26,000 nt of DNA from Elsinoe ampelina (taxonomy: Eukaryota), in assembly GCA_010093995.1 (NCBI GenBank), contig ML992501.1, positions 2,607,320-2,633,319 on the forward strand, given 5' to 3'. Position numbers and translations under genes: made by a program. Positions 11,433 to 22,210 of this stretch are shown piece after piece. Position 1 is the stretch's first letter, and the number at the start of each line of letters is the position of its first letter. Below the pieces are notes generated by a model, which saw only the letters and a program-made list of their open reading frames with translations, was not told the origin of the DNA and searched no databases.

Positions 11433-13601
11433 CCTCCTTGGCATCGAGCTCACCGTCGCTCACTCATGGCAACGATGCCCTGTCTCAAGCCTTTGGCCTG
11501 GTATCTACCCTGCGTGCTTCTTCACCCACCTTGTTCGCTCGAGTCGCACAAACTGTCAACCCAGGCACGGCTACGGCCTCAATATTAACCGCCATGGGAT
11601 TGGGAGGGCACAATCTCGACACGAATGCGCTGCTCAGCCAACAGCAGAAAATCATAATTCAACATGTGTCGATCGGCGTGGCTTCGCTCAGCGTTGCGGC
11701 GTGTCTGCTCTCCATATACTGGTTTTTGCTAATGAGGAGGAACTTTCGACGAACGTATGTCAGACTGACCGCTCGAGTCGATATTCACTGACTTGATGAC
11801 TAGACTCGTCATGCTCCTCCTCTTCTCTGATCTGTTCAAGTCATCATGGTTTATGGTATTTCCAGCTGTGTCGCTCAAAGTTGGCGGCATCTTGTCAGGA
11901 AGCCGCTTCTGCGACGTGGGAGGCTTCTTCTTACAAGCAGGCATCGAGTCTTGTGATGTAGCCATTCTGATGATGTCGATACACATGTCGCTACAGGTCT
12001 TCAATCCCACTAGCGGCCGAATTGGACCCGATGGGCTCTATCGCTATCGTAACGCAGTCTATGCTATCTGGATATTCTTACCATCATTCATGGCTGGACT
12101 GGCTTTTGTACGACAGGGCCAAGGTTCTTATCTCTCACAAGGCGCTTTCTGCACTTTGCCAATCCGTCCGTTCTGGTACCGCCTAGCTCTTTCCTGGATA
12201 CCTCGATACCTCGTGTTGGCGTACATTACGGTCACTGCGATCAGAATTTATCTCCATGTTGGCGCCGGCTTCACTGTCTTTGCCCGAGAAGTTGACAGTG
12301 CTTCTAGGACGGAGCCCAGCACTGTCGATAGATCGGTCTCCCGACGTTCAATGGTAGTGCCACAGATGCGTAGAGCAGCAAGCTACGTTTCTGAGCACAT
12401 ACCTGTCCCCTTCTTGCAACATCCGGAACCAGCGAGACGCCCTTCCGATGGCTACCACCAAGAAGATGACTCTCAGGAAGGCTATTCGATGCAATCGTCA
12501 CCGACAAAGACCTCCCACAAACCTAGCCGCGACTCTCTGTCACCCGATGCAGCCGCTCAGATGGTGTCCCACTTTCAACGCCCACGACAGGGCTCCCACA
12601 TGACGAACATGACGGCCATGACGACCGCATCATCCAACGTCATCGATTATGGTGCGGCTCAGATACTCCCTGGCAGTACTGCCTCTGGTGGTCCTCTCGT
12701 CAACATTATCTCCACAGCCGACTGTACTGCAAATGCACGTCGTCGAGCCATTCAACGTCAAACCCGACTTCTCTTCATCTATCCTTGCGTCTACATGATC
12801 TTCATGGTCATTCCATTTGTGCAGCACTGTTTCACCTATTCAGATTACTTCGCCCAACATCCCGTCTTCGCTATCCAAATCTTGGCTCCCATTTGCTATG
12901 CCATCATGGGTTTCGCAGACTGCATGGTCTTTTGCTGGCGTGAGAAGCCCTGGACCAACATTCCTGGCTCTAATGGCACCTTTTGGGGCAGCTTCTGCTG
13001 GTGGCGCTTCATCGGCCCCTGGGCAGATCGTAGCCCTACACCTTCTTCTCGCGAGTTCAGAGTCGCAGTCCGTGCGATCCAGAAGCGGGAAATGGAAATC
13101 GGTCCAAAGGGCGAAGGCACACTCGAGGGGAACCCCAGCGACAGCACGCTGCAAGCTTCACACCCGACCTTTGAATTGACAGATTACGACAATAGACCTG
13201 GCAGCTCCGGAAGCACAACCAAGAAATTCCTCAAGACCATAAAGGTCATTCGTCCTAGCAATCGCCGCGCCTTCAGCGGACACAGCGACCAAGCAGCACT
13301 CGCAGCTGAGCGGGCAGCGGAACGACTTGCGCTGGAACGAGCAGCACACACGCAACGCCGCAGCTTCTTGGCTGAAAAAGGGCACGGCGAGACAGGCAAG
13401 AGGGAGTGGTTCGACCAGCTCGTCGACGAAGAGGAAGGAGAAGAGGAGGAAGAGGAGGGATACGACGAGAGTGAGGCAGGGTCTGAAGAAGAGGGAGCGA
13501 AGCTCGAGAGAAAGGACACGCAGCGAGAGAGGGAAGAGAGGGAACAAAAGAGATTAGCAGACGAACGAGAGAAGAGGATGAGAGATTTCGGCGCCATGTA
13601 A
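11429..13601 (+). CDS. Git3/Gpr1-family G-protein-coupled receptor (~707 aa); exons 11429-11754, 11804-13601
   Basis: WFLLMRRNFRR-T-LVMLLLFSDLFKS across intron 11755-11803; FCDVGGFF; YLSQGAFCTLPIRPFWYRLALSWIPRY; IQRQTRLLFIYPCVY; GFADCMVFCWREKPW. Seven hydrophobic segments, a long third intracellular loop and an E/R-rich tail. Confidence 0.92.
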
Positions 13602-13769
13602 TGAAGAGAAGAGATGAGAAGAAAGAGACGGACCGCAAGGCCTACGCCGGACACTTTTACGATACCACGACCATAGAGATAGATCTTGGCTCTGCATTGC
13701 ATTACATGGCTAGGAAAAAGCATTGCTTGGAGCATGGACAGGAAATAGGGATGGAAAAGCATGACAGCT

Positions 13770-14681
13770 TCAAAACATTAGCATACCTTGGCATCGACAG
13801 ATCAGAAGCATGGAATCAGAACATGTCACTATCTTCGCTTCACAAATCCTGTCCCTTACCATCGAGATATCCCCATATCGGTCGACATTGACCAAGTTTC
13901 CCGTCCTCATGCTCCGCGTCCAGCAAGTCCGGACCGGAGCGTCACCGTCCGCGCCTGTGAAACTGCCAAGGACCCCCCCGCGAGTCGCCTCGAGTACCTT
14001 ACACGGCCCGCGAGATTCACATTAAAGTATGACCAGCAACTTCACCCCCAGATACCAGTGTCCCGGACGACATGACACCCCATCTGATGGCGCAGACACT
14101 GACCAGCATCCAGGCAAACTCTCGTGAGATAGTGGGAAGGGTCGGGTATGGTGCGCGCTCGGGGTGGTGGCTTGTATGTAGAATTCGTATCTGGAGTTGT
14201 GGGTTGCTCCGGCGCGTCTCAGAGGGGAGCTGTGTTCCATCCTTTGAGCCTGTTGAAGTAGCACCTGGCAAATGCAGACGTCTTGATTGTCCTCATTCGC
14301 TCCATTCCTGAATTGTGGAGTGGAGTCCAAGATAGAAGGTCGCCCGATCAGAGCCCATTCGTGGCGTTTGGTCCCCGAGCCACGAGACCAACCTCCGATG
14401 CCCAATATGATATCCTCCAATCCCGAGACTCTCTGCCTCTTCAGCCAAAGCTACAGCGTTATCAGACCAGGGCGACGCGTGCGTGATTGATCCCCGGGAG
14501 TGCGTGGCTCAGGACTCATTTGCCACTCCAGCCGAGCCGTGCAGATAATCCAAGGCCTACTTTCGACCTGTATCTCCATTTTCAACTTGGCAGTAGCCAT
14601 TCGACAGCGAATCCCCAGACCGGTACTCGGACTGTGAAGACCTTTAATTGCCCGCGCCGGCTGCAACACTCGACTGCTCAT
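13770..14681 (-). pseudogene. Probable decayed gene of unknown family (304-codon frame with two internal stops)
   Basis: ORFs 14451-14681 and 14022-14420 and an ATG-less continuation to TGA at 13770 are all in one frame. The only interruptions are TAG (14451-14453) and TAA (14022-14024). Confidence 0.4.
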
Positions 14682-14702
14682 TTCGCCCTGCCATAGAGGT
14701 GC

Positions 14703-15298
14703 TCACACATGCAACGCTACCTCCCTAATTGTATACACCATCTCTGGGTCGCGGCACTCCAACAGCCCCTCCTGGCCGACCTCAGATAGACTTGCGACTT
14801 GACGTGCTACGTAAAAGTCCGTACGTAAGGTGGCGAGTCCATCGTCGTCCGAGGTCGGTTCTTGGACTTCGACGACGATACAGGTCTTTTCGGATCCGCT
14901 CTCCTTGTCTAGCACTATGAAGGTAGAGGAGGTGAAGTCGCGGAGTGGTCTGATGTTCTGCAGAAAGAAGGCATTGAGATCGTGGAGGGACTTGCCAAGG
15001 AAGGGGAAATCGAAGGTCTCCGTCGGCGCAGTGGATCTTTGTGCAATCTCTGCTAGGTAGGTCCCGGAGGAGGAGGTGAGGATGTGGAGTCGCATGCTGT
15101 CGCGGGTAAGGTACTCGGCATCTTGGATACGGAGGAGATCGAGGGTCCGGTGTGTGGATCAGCGCTCGAGGACACAGGGTGGCGCTGAAGGTAGCGTACT
15201 TTAGATGGTATGGCAGCTGTACAGAAGACGGGAACGATTGAGCCACCTGGCTCTTCGGGTTCTGCAGGTAATTGCGAAGTCTTAGAAGGTGGCGCCAT
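14703..15298 (-). CDS. Fungal hypothetical protein (~180 aa); exon 15298-15200, apparent intron 15199-15147, exon 15146-14703
   Basis: MAPPSK...IVPVFCTAAIPSK, then a GTACGC donor and GCTGAT branch site, then in-frame TLDLLRIQDAEYL...FPFLGKSLHDLNAFF...TFIVLD...LRTDFYVA. The acceptor reads CGG, not YAG. Confidence 0.65.
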
Positions 15299-15637
15299 TT
15301 GGAGAGTGTTCAGTATAGAACGATTGTCGAAGTTGGTGTTGTTTGACGTCAAGAAGTTGACTGCTGCCTGTTTAGGCTGCGAAGCTGCGCCACAATGATC
15401 CGCAGAATATGCCTCAGGCATCCACGCATAGTCCCACGCTGGCGATATCGCTGCGATGTATCTGGTCGGAATTGCAGAAGCTCAGGCTGAGGGTATTCTG
15501 CTTTCATGATCTGCCCTGATGAAAGATGCTTGGCTTCAGAGATTACACATTGCTTTTGTCGAGATACCGCTCGGAAAGTGTGCCGACTTTGCACGCTGCC
15601 TGTCATGGTTGCCATCTGTTCATGCCTACCCCATCTC

Positions 15638-16453
15638 TCACTCTTCCATGAAAGGATGTCCTTGTAGCTCCCTGACGCTGGGCCGCTTTTCAACCTCAAC
15701 GGTCAGACACTTCCCCAGAAAGTCCATGGCAAGCTGATCCCGATTCGACGGTTTGTGATCAGGTAGTAGAAGATCAACCGCTGCTGCTTGACCGTGTGCT
15801 AGCCGGGCCACAAATGCCGTTGCCGTCTCATAGTCTGCCACAAGATCTGCCTGTCCCGAGAGCAACTGAGCGGTGATGATCCCGAGTAGAAAGACGTCGC
15901 TTTTGTGATTGATCCCTTGCCCTCGTGCTATTTCTGGCAAGGAGATAAATGCCGAAGGGAAGCGATACCCTACCAACGTGGTATCGAGTATGGGTAACTC
16001 GATTTGGGGACGGGTGTCGTAGTCCAACCAAATGTGATCGGGGTCAAGGTACGCCACAGCGAAGCCATGCTCGAGTTGCAAGTCCACAAGACCGTTGACA
16101 AGGTAGCGGAGGGTTCTTTGAATTATAGGGAGTGGGAGGGCTCCTTGCTCGCGGATGAGTCTTCTTAGAGATCCACCATGCAAGGCTTCGCTGAAGAGAT
16201 ATAGAGCATCTCCTTGTTGCTGGTAGCCCAGATACTGGACCAGGTTCTGGTCTGGCGCGGGTTTCGGGGTATGTCTGAGGTGTGAAAGGACTTGATCGAC
16301 GACAGAGCTCTGCAGCTCGACTCGTTCTGCCCAAAGGAGCTGTCCATCGCTGGAGCTCATGGCCGAGAAGACTGGGCCATATCGCCCGCTTCGTAGTGCA
16401 GGTTGTTCAGACAAGATCCAATCGAAGTCGATGATACAAGAAGGTAACATCAT
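15638..16453 (-). CDS. Protein kinase-fold protein, probable pseudokinase (STE/MAP3K-like scaffold), 271 aa
   Basis: RSGRYGPVF (Gly loop), NLVQYLGYQ, LYLFSEALHGGSL, LPEIARG, KSDVFLLG, DFLGKCLTVEVEKRPSVRELQGHPF. VAIK, HRD and DFG are all replaced. Confidence 0.8.
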   Translation of the reverse strand: MMLPSCIIDFDWILSEQPALRSGRYGPVFSAMSSSDGQLLWAERVELQSSVVDQVLSHLRHTPKPAPDQNLVQYLGYQQQGDALYLFSEALHGGSLRRLIREQGALPLPIIQRTLRYLVNGLVDLQLEHGFAVAYLDPDHIWLDYDTRPQIELPILDTTLVGYRFPSAFISLPEIARGQGINHKSDVFLLGIITAQLLSGQADLVADYETATAFVARLAHGQAAAVDLLLPDHKPSNRDQLAMDFLGKCLTVEVEKRPSVRELQGHPFMEE

Positions 16454-16922
16454 GTTGATGGATGAGAAGACAAAGAAGTTCGGATGAGTGGTGGGAGCTG
16501 AGGAAGACTCCTTGAAAACACAGGGCCTGCCTTTTGCCGTCCGAGGTCGTGCCACCGGAAGTGTCTGAAACGAAGCCTTGCAGTGATCCAGCTACCCCTT
16601 CGTTCTCAGCTCAAATCGCCGCAATGAACGTGCGGCTTGGCGAACATGTTCACCGGTCACTGTGCCAGATGACCGTGTTGGTGTTGGTCTTTGACTGTCA
16701 TGCCATCGCATAAACCACCTACACAAATGGCCTCACGCGTGAATCGGAGTGCGGAACAGGTACGTTTACAGTGTATCCGACTCTGAGAACAATTTTTCTC
16801 ATTAAAGATCAACGATGATTGCATTCCATGTGCATCCTGTCTATGCCGTAGGCCGCAACGCCGCCTGTATGCTAATCACTTCTGTTCACGACCGTGATGA
16901 GTCCGCAGTCATCAGGCCAAGT

Positions 16923-17336
16923 CTAACGGCGAGAAGCCTCCTTCTTCTTACCCTTGCTGGATGAGCCACTCTTGCTGGACGAGCCGCCTTTGCTGGATGA
17001 GCCGCCCTCGCTTTTGCTGGATGAGCCACCCTTGGACTCGGGCATGATATTCCGGTGCTTGGTGGACGGATCCTCGCGTGCATCTGTTCTCTTGTATGCC
17101 GCCGCGCACTCCGCGAGGCAATTCTGGGTCAGGGCAGGCGAAGCGTTGAATTTATAGCAATTATCGACACATTCCAAGTAGGTCTTGTATGCAAGGTGGG
17201 CAAGGTGATCAGGACTGCTCTCTTTGCTCGAGCTCGTGCTCTTACCATTGCCTTTACCAGATGATGAAGGAGGCGCAGCCAATACTGACGGCACAGTTGC
17301 TAAGAGTGCGAGTCGAAGAACGGTAGAGAAGAGCAT
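16923..17336 (-). CDS. Small secreted protein with four Cys and a Ser/Gly/Lys repeat tail (effector-like)
   Basis: Signal peptide MLFSTVLRLALLATVPSVLA; CVDNC and CLAEC motifs; KGGSSS-type repeats; 137-aa ATG-initiated ORF. Confidence 0.8.
   Translation of the reverse strand: MLFSTVLRLALLATVPSVLAAPPSSSGKGNGKSTSSSKESSPDHLAHLAYKTYLECVDNCYKFNASPALTQNCLAECAAAYKRTDAREDPSTKHRNIMPESKGGSSSKSEGGSSSKGGSSSKSGSSSKGKKKEASRR
16953..17030. repeat. Coding minisatellite: four ~18-bp units (YTTGCTGGAYGAGCCRCY) with one 6-bp spacer
   Basis: Units at 16953-16970, 16971-16988, 16989-17006 and 17013-17030; they encode (G/S)GSSSK repeats on the minus strand. Confidence 0.9.
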
Positions 17337-19651
17337 GGCGATTGATCGATGTACTGACGAGGTTGATTTGCGATTGTGCCAATGTCGAACAAGGTTGAAG
17401 AGGTTTTGGTGCTGGGTTGATTGACGGTCGATTAGTGAGGCAAATATGTTCGGAACTGAGACTCTGTTGTGATAGTCTGGACTGCAGGGACGTTCGAGTC
17501 CGCCGTTCCCATCTTCTAATAGACATTGCCGCGGGTGCTTGTCGCCCTGGTGTGGTCTGCTGGCGTCAAGGACTACCGATCAGGAGAGTGAACAGACCAA
17601 GAAGGCCACAAGGATCAGATATCCAAAGAGATATGATGTGATTGGTATCTGCATGTTTCAAGAAAGTGGACACGATTGTGAAGGCTGTACATGAGTACGA
17701 GATGGTGTTACGACCGGTGAAGTGTGTTGGAGGTCACCGACCGGTCTGCATCATGTGAGAAAGAGTCCAGGGTCCGAACCAGTCTAAACATGGCTCACCG
17801 GTCAGGTTTTCTGGCAGGCCAGAGCGGCGCAGTTCGAAAGCTGTCGATCGGAGAGCTGAGAGCTCGAACAACAAGCCACCACACTCGAGACCTGAGGATT
17901 TGATCTGTCAGATAAGGTTCTGGAGATGCTACACCGTCGTGTCTTGTACAAAGTTTTGACAGATTGTCTTCGATGTGACCCACTGCACGGGGTGGGAGGA
18001 GCCAGGGTATGAGCATGTGCCACTTGCATCACAGAATAATGTTGTGGTTTGGTAGGAATTATCGACTGGGCCTACCACCCGGCTGTGAAAGCGTCCTACA
18101 AGCTTGTTCCGATATGACAGGTGTTGTAAGTGGACGAGACCCATGTCAGAGCCTGACGTGCAAGCGTGTTGACAATGAAGTCGGACATGGTTGAGCGATT
18201 CGGAGCTTTTGTAGCCTCGGATCCATCGTACACCGAAAGGAGTCCTCGAGCTTGGTTCGCGTCAGATTCCGTGAATGAAACGATTGTGGAAGAATGAGGT
18301 CTTGGCCATGACGCTCGATGTCCTTCCGATGGGCTCATACATGACATGGTGTCCTCTCATCAATGTCCCCTTCCATCGACCCCGTCTTCGTCTTCGTGAG
18401 TCGAGACTGAAGAACCATCTTTGATGCTACTTTGATTGCGCAGAATAGAAAGCAGGCAGCCAGGGATAATTCAATGGACGGAGCAGTTGGAGGACTCTCG
18501 GCGCGCACTGCTGCCATCAGCCAAACGATGCCAGCCCGTGTACTGTTGTGAAACCTTTCCTGGTCGAGTGAGAGAAGGCGCAAGCTCTGGCCCATGGGCC
18601 ACTGCTCCGCAGGCGCAAAGACAGGCGTGACAACATTCAGCACCGGCACTGGTTGCGCTGATAGTGACAAGCGGTGGTTGAATGGGATAATCACAAATCT
18701 GTCTGATGATACACAGCAATATGGTACGTGAGAGTTGAAAGCAGAGTTGAACAGCTCACCCTAGGTAAGCGCCAGCCCAAAGCAGGCAGGCTGTCGAGGC
18801 CCTCTGCACCATGATCGGCACCACTACCCCTTGCATTATGTCCAATCTTGGGCCAGACAGGATGTACGCCGAGTTGGACACCCACACCCTCAGCGGGGAG
18901 CCAACCTGCCGTGGCTTGACTGTACAACAACGCGATGGGGTGGACAGCAAGTGATCATCTGTCGGCTGCATCCTGTAGCTGCTGGGCAGGATCTCCGTCG
19001 TTGGATGGCGATGTGTCTCTTGGCTCTGTGGACCACAATCTTGTTTGCCAATGCTGTCGATTTTTGCTAAAGTCGATGTGCCATTTTACCAGCGTGAAAT
19101 TGCCAGTCTCAAGAGGTGATACACGGTTGAAATGTGGTCGTCGTGTCGGTGGCTCACTTGGTGGGGGAAGGACTTGGCAAGCAAGGCAGCCATAGCTCAG
19201 GCCGTGACTGCAATCGGGCCTATTTGTTGTGATTTAGACATACATAGCATACCAATGACGGTGACACTGGGCGCCAACTCTGCAGTGAAGGGCCTATAGA
19301 GTCTCCACCATGCATATACTGTAGGCACCCCAAGAGGCTGACCTGTGCACGATTGCCATATGACATGTCGACCTTGGAAGTCATCCAACAGTTGGAAGCC
19401 GAGCTTAAATCGTTTAAGAAGTGCAATCCTTCACAGATCCACAGATCTGCCGTCTTCGATTTGTCTTTTTTTTTTCGCAACAGGCTGAATTCGATTGGCC
19501 AGCGGGCTGATGGCTGTTTGGGCAGAAGAATGGACCTGCAGTGTCAGCAGAGATGAAACGCACGACAAACGCCAGGGCTCCACTATAGAGCTGCAGCGGA
19601 AATTTGTGCAGAGGCCCGTTTGGGCGGTAGGGCGGCCAGTGGCTACACCAT

Positions 19652-19684
19652 GTGGGGTTCCCGTGGGTTTCCCGTGGGTTTACC
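19652..19684. repeat. Three tandem 11-mers: GTGGGGTTCCC / GTGGGTTTCCC / GTGGGTTTACC
   Basis: Read directly from the sequence, about 640 bp upstream of the AA9 ATG. Confidence 0.8.
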
Positions 19685-20324
19685 GCTCCAGAAGGTCTTG
19701 GCGTTATCAGTCTGGAGGCGCCTCCCGAAACTGACAGAACGTTTTGCCCGTACCCAAGCGAACTCCTGTGACATGCACCGCTCCCAATAATAATTCTTCC
19801 ATCTCGTCATTTCGGCCCTTTGTGATGCCCTGTCCTTGATGCTGGCGACCGACTGTGGGTATCATTTCCTCTTCTCTACCTGTGTTCATCCCGTCTCGGC
19901 CACATCATAATCCATGGAAAATTAAGCAATCCACCTCCATTACCACACGGTGGGAATCACTATATGCAAATCCCCGTGGCGCTCGCACTAATCGGCGCAC
20001 CTACCGGGACAGCGCCACAGAAAGCGAGATTGCGGCGGCGTGCATGACCAGTTTCCACCCCTGCTTTCTTCCGCCGTAATGAAGGGGAGCTGTCGACGGC
20101 GGCATCTCGTTTCAACATGCGGCTTTGCTTAGGCGAGGCCTTCTCTAGGGGACGCCTACACATGTATTTGACCTCCAAACCGCCTTGAGTGAGTTTGTTT
20201 CCTCACCACATCGCCTTTTTACATTCACAGAGCTGGGTCTCTTGTTTCTACGTCTCTAGTCTAGACGTCCATTCGTTCAAATTTGCTCACCGCAGTCACT
20301 CATTCCAACACTACCAAATTCACA

Positions 20325-21359
20325 ATGAAGTCCTTTATCGCCGCCCTGCCCTTGTTGGCAGCCACCGCCACCGCCCACACCACCTTCCAGGCCCTCTGGG
20401 TCGACGGTGTTGCCCAGGGCAAGATGACCACCTCCAACATCCGTCACAACTGGGCCGACCCAGAGTCAAACTACCCCCTCAAGGATGTCACCGCCCCTGA
20501 GATTGCCTGCAACAAGTGGGGTTCCACCCCGGCCTCCAAGAAGGTCACTGTCAAGGCCGGTGCCAAGGTCACCGCCGAGTGGCACCACGAGCCTACTCAG
20601 AAGTCCGGTGACGCCGACGAGCCCATCGCCCTTTCCCACAAGGGACCCATCATGGCCTACCTCGGTAAGGTCGACGATGCCAGCACCGCTAGCCCTACCG
20701 GTGTCAAATGGTTCAAGATCTTCGAGGACACCAAGGACAGCTCCGGCAAGTGGGCCGTCGAGCGTTTCTACAACGCCAAGGGTATGATCGACTTCTCCAT
20801 CCCATCCTGCGTCGCCAACGGTGACTACTTCCTCCGTGTCGAAATCATCGGTCTGCACGAGGCCGACCGCGCCGGTGGCGCCCAGCTCTACCCAGAGTGC
20901 GCCCAGATCTCCATCACCGGCGGCGGCTCTGCCAACCCGGCCACCGTCAGCTTCCCAGGTGCCTACATCCAGGACGGCGTCGGACTTTCCTACAACCTCT
21001 ACTCGGGCAACGCTCCTTACACCGCCCCTGGCCCCCGCCCATTCACCTGCGACGCCAGCGGTGGCAGCCCAGCCCCAGCCCCGGCCCCATCCTCCAGCAG
21101 CGCCGCCGCTCCTGCTCCTGCCCCAACCACCCTCCAGACCTCCACCCGCAGCACCACCGTCCGCCCCACTGTCCCCACCACCACCCGCGCCAGCGCACCC
21201 CCAAGCTACCCCAGCGCCCCGGCCTCATCAAGCGCCGCCGCCCCATCCCCAGTGCCAACCAGCACCACCCCCACCACCCCAGGTGCCCCAACCAAGGCCG
21301 AGATCGAGAGCTTCTTCGCCGAGATCATGGCGCTGTACAACACGTGGAAGGGGCAATAG
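20325..21359 (+). CDS. AA9 lytic polysaccharide monooxygenase with P/S/T linker and a short C-terminal helix (344 aa, intronless)
   Basis: Signal peptide MKSFIAALPLLAATATA then His1 (HTTFQ); SHKGP (second His of the brace); WFKIFE; YFLRVEIIGLH; AQLYPECAQ (Q-x-Y); VSFPGAY; no CBM1. Confidence 0.96.
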   Translation: MKSFIAALPLLAATATAHTTFQALWVDGVAQGKMTTSNIRHNWADPESNYPLKDVTAPEIACNKWGSTPASKKVTVKAGAKVTAEWHHEPTQKSGDADEPIALSHKGPIMAYLGKVDDASTASPTGVKWFKIFEDTKDSSGKWAVERFYNAKGMIDFSIPSCVANGDYFLRVEIIGLHEADRAGGAQLYPECAQISITGGGSANPATVSFPGAYIQDGVGLSYNLYSGNAPYTAPGPRPFTCDASGGSPAPAPAPSSSSAAAPAPAPTTLQTSTRSTTVRPTVPTTTRASAPPSYPSAPASSSAAAPSPVPTSTTPTTPGAPTKAEIESFFAEIMALYNTWKGQ

Positions 21360-22058
21360 ACGAGTCACTGGACGGGAGGGAGAGAAACCTCCACCCTTCG
21401 GGACGATGATGACAAGGGGTTGATGGACAGGCATATAGAAGGGTTGGGTCCAGGCAGGACACAGGGAGGGGAGATTTCACTTCTAGATATCACGCAAGGG
21501 GGAGAAGGGATACTTGGATTGTATAAATGATAACCTCTTTTTTACCATTGACTTGGTGTTTCATTCACTGCATGTCAGTTTGATTTCATTAAGACTTGTA
21601 TATTGATAATGGATGCTCATCTCACGCGTGCTACAGTATATATCGCAAAAAGCCAAAAGCATGAAGTAAGCCCAACCGGTGCGATCCACTGCGATGCAAA
21701 ATAATCATGCAAGGCCTCCCCTCAGGCCGCGGGCAAAAAGCGCCTCCTTCCCAGCCAAAGCAGCGCCCGCCACCCGGTCATTTCTCCGTCTCCACCCCTG
21801 AACGTGTGCCTGGCGTTTCAGGCCGCACACCCTCTTGCGCTTTTTCATCTCGGACGTCACACGTGGTCCTGACGATTAATATCGATGCTCGTGATCGGTC
21901 TATCGCGTGGGTTTGGGAACTATTTTCTCATGTGGGAAAGTGGTGAGCGATGATGGACGTTGATTGCCCTAATACTTGGTGCCACGCCGGGTCTTGGGAA
22001 TGGTAGGGCAGGAAGCTTCGAGAAAGTAGGAGGCTTTTTGACTTCTGTGTGGTGAGGT

Positions 22059-22200
22059 TGTTGTAACTGGCAAATCGGATCGAGAGACGTGTATTTCATT
22101 CAGAGAGTTATAATAACCAATTTATCTACTGTGCGTGCGCTGACTTATTAGTGCCAGTTCTTTAGTACTAGAGAAGCTGTACTAGCCTTCTATTACAACA
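22059..22200 (-). repeat. 142-bp 3' LTR of the Copia element
   Basis: Perfect 8-bp terminal inverted repeat TGTTGTAA (22059-22066) ... TTACAACA (22193-22200), directly abutting the PPT. Confidence 0.88.
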
Positions 22201-22210
22201 CTCCCCCTCT
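22201..22210 (-). other. Polypurine tract (plus-strand priming site)
   Basis: Minus strand reads AGAGGGGGAG immediately before the TGTTG of the LTR. Confidence 0.88.

Noticed and set aside
18721..19070. ATG followed by an intron-like GTACGT...GCTCAC..TAG (41 nt) abutting another GTAAGC
   Set aside because: The intron is very short, the second donor has no clear branch site or acceptor, and the resulting ~100-aa product is not protein-like.
17400..20300. Many short ORFs in the gap between the secreted protein and AA9
   Set aside because: None shows family motifs, consistent codon bias or a credible exon chain by eye; a decayed gene cannot be excluded without a homology search.
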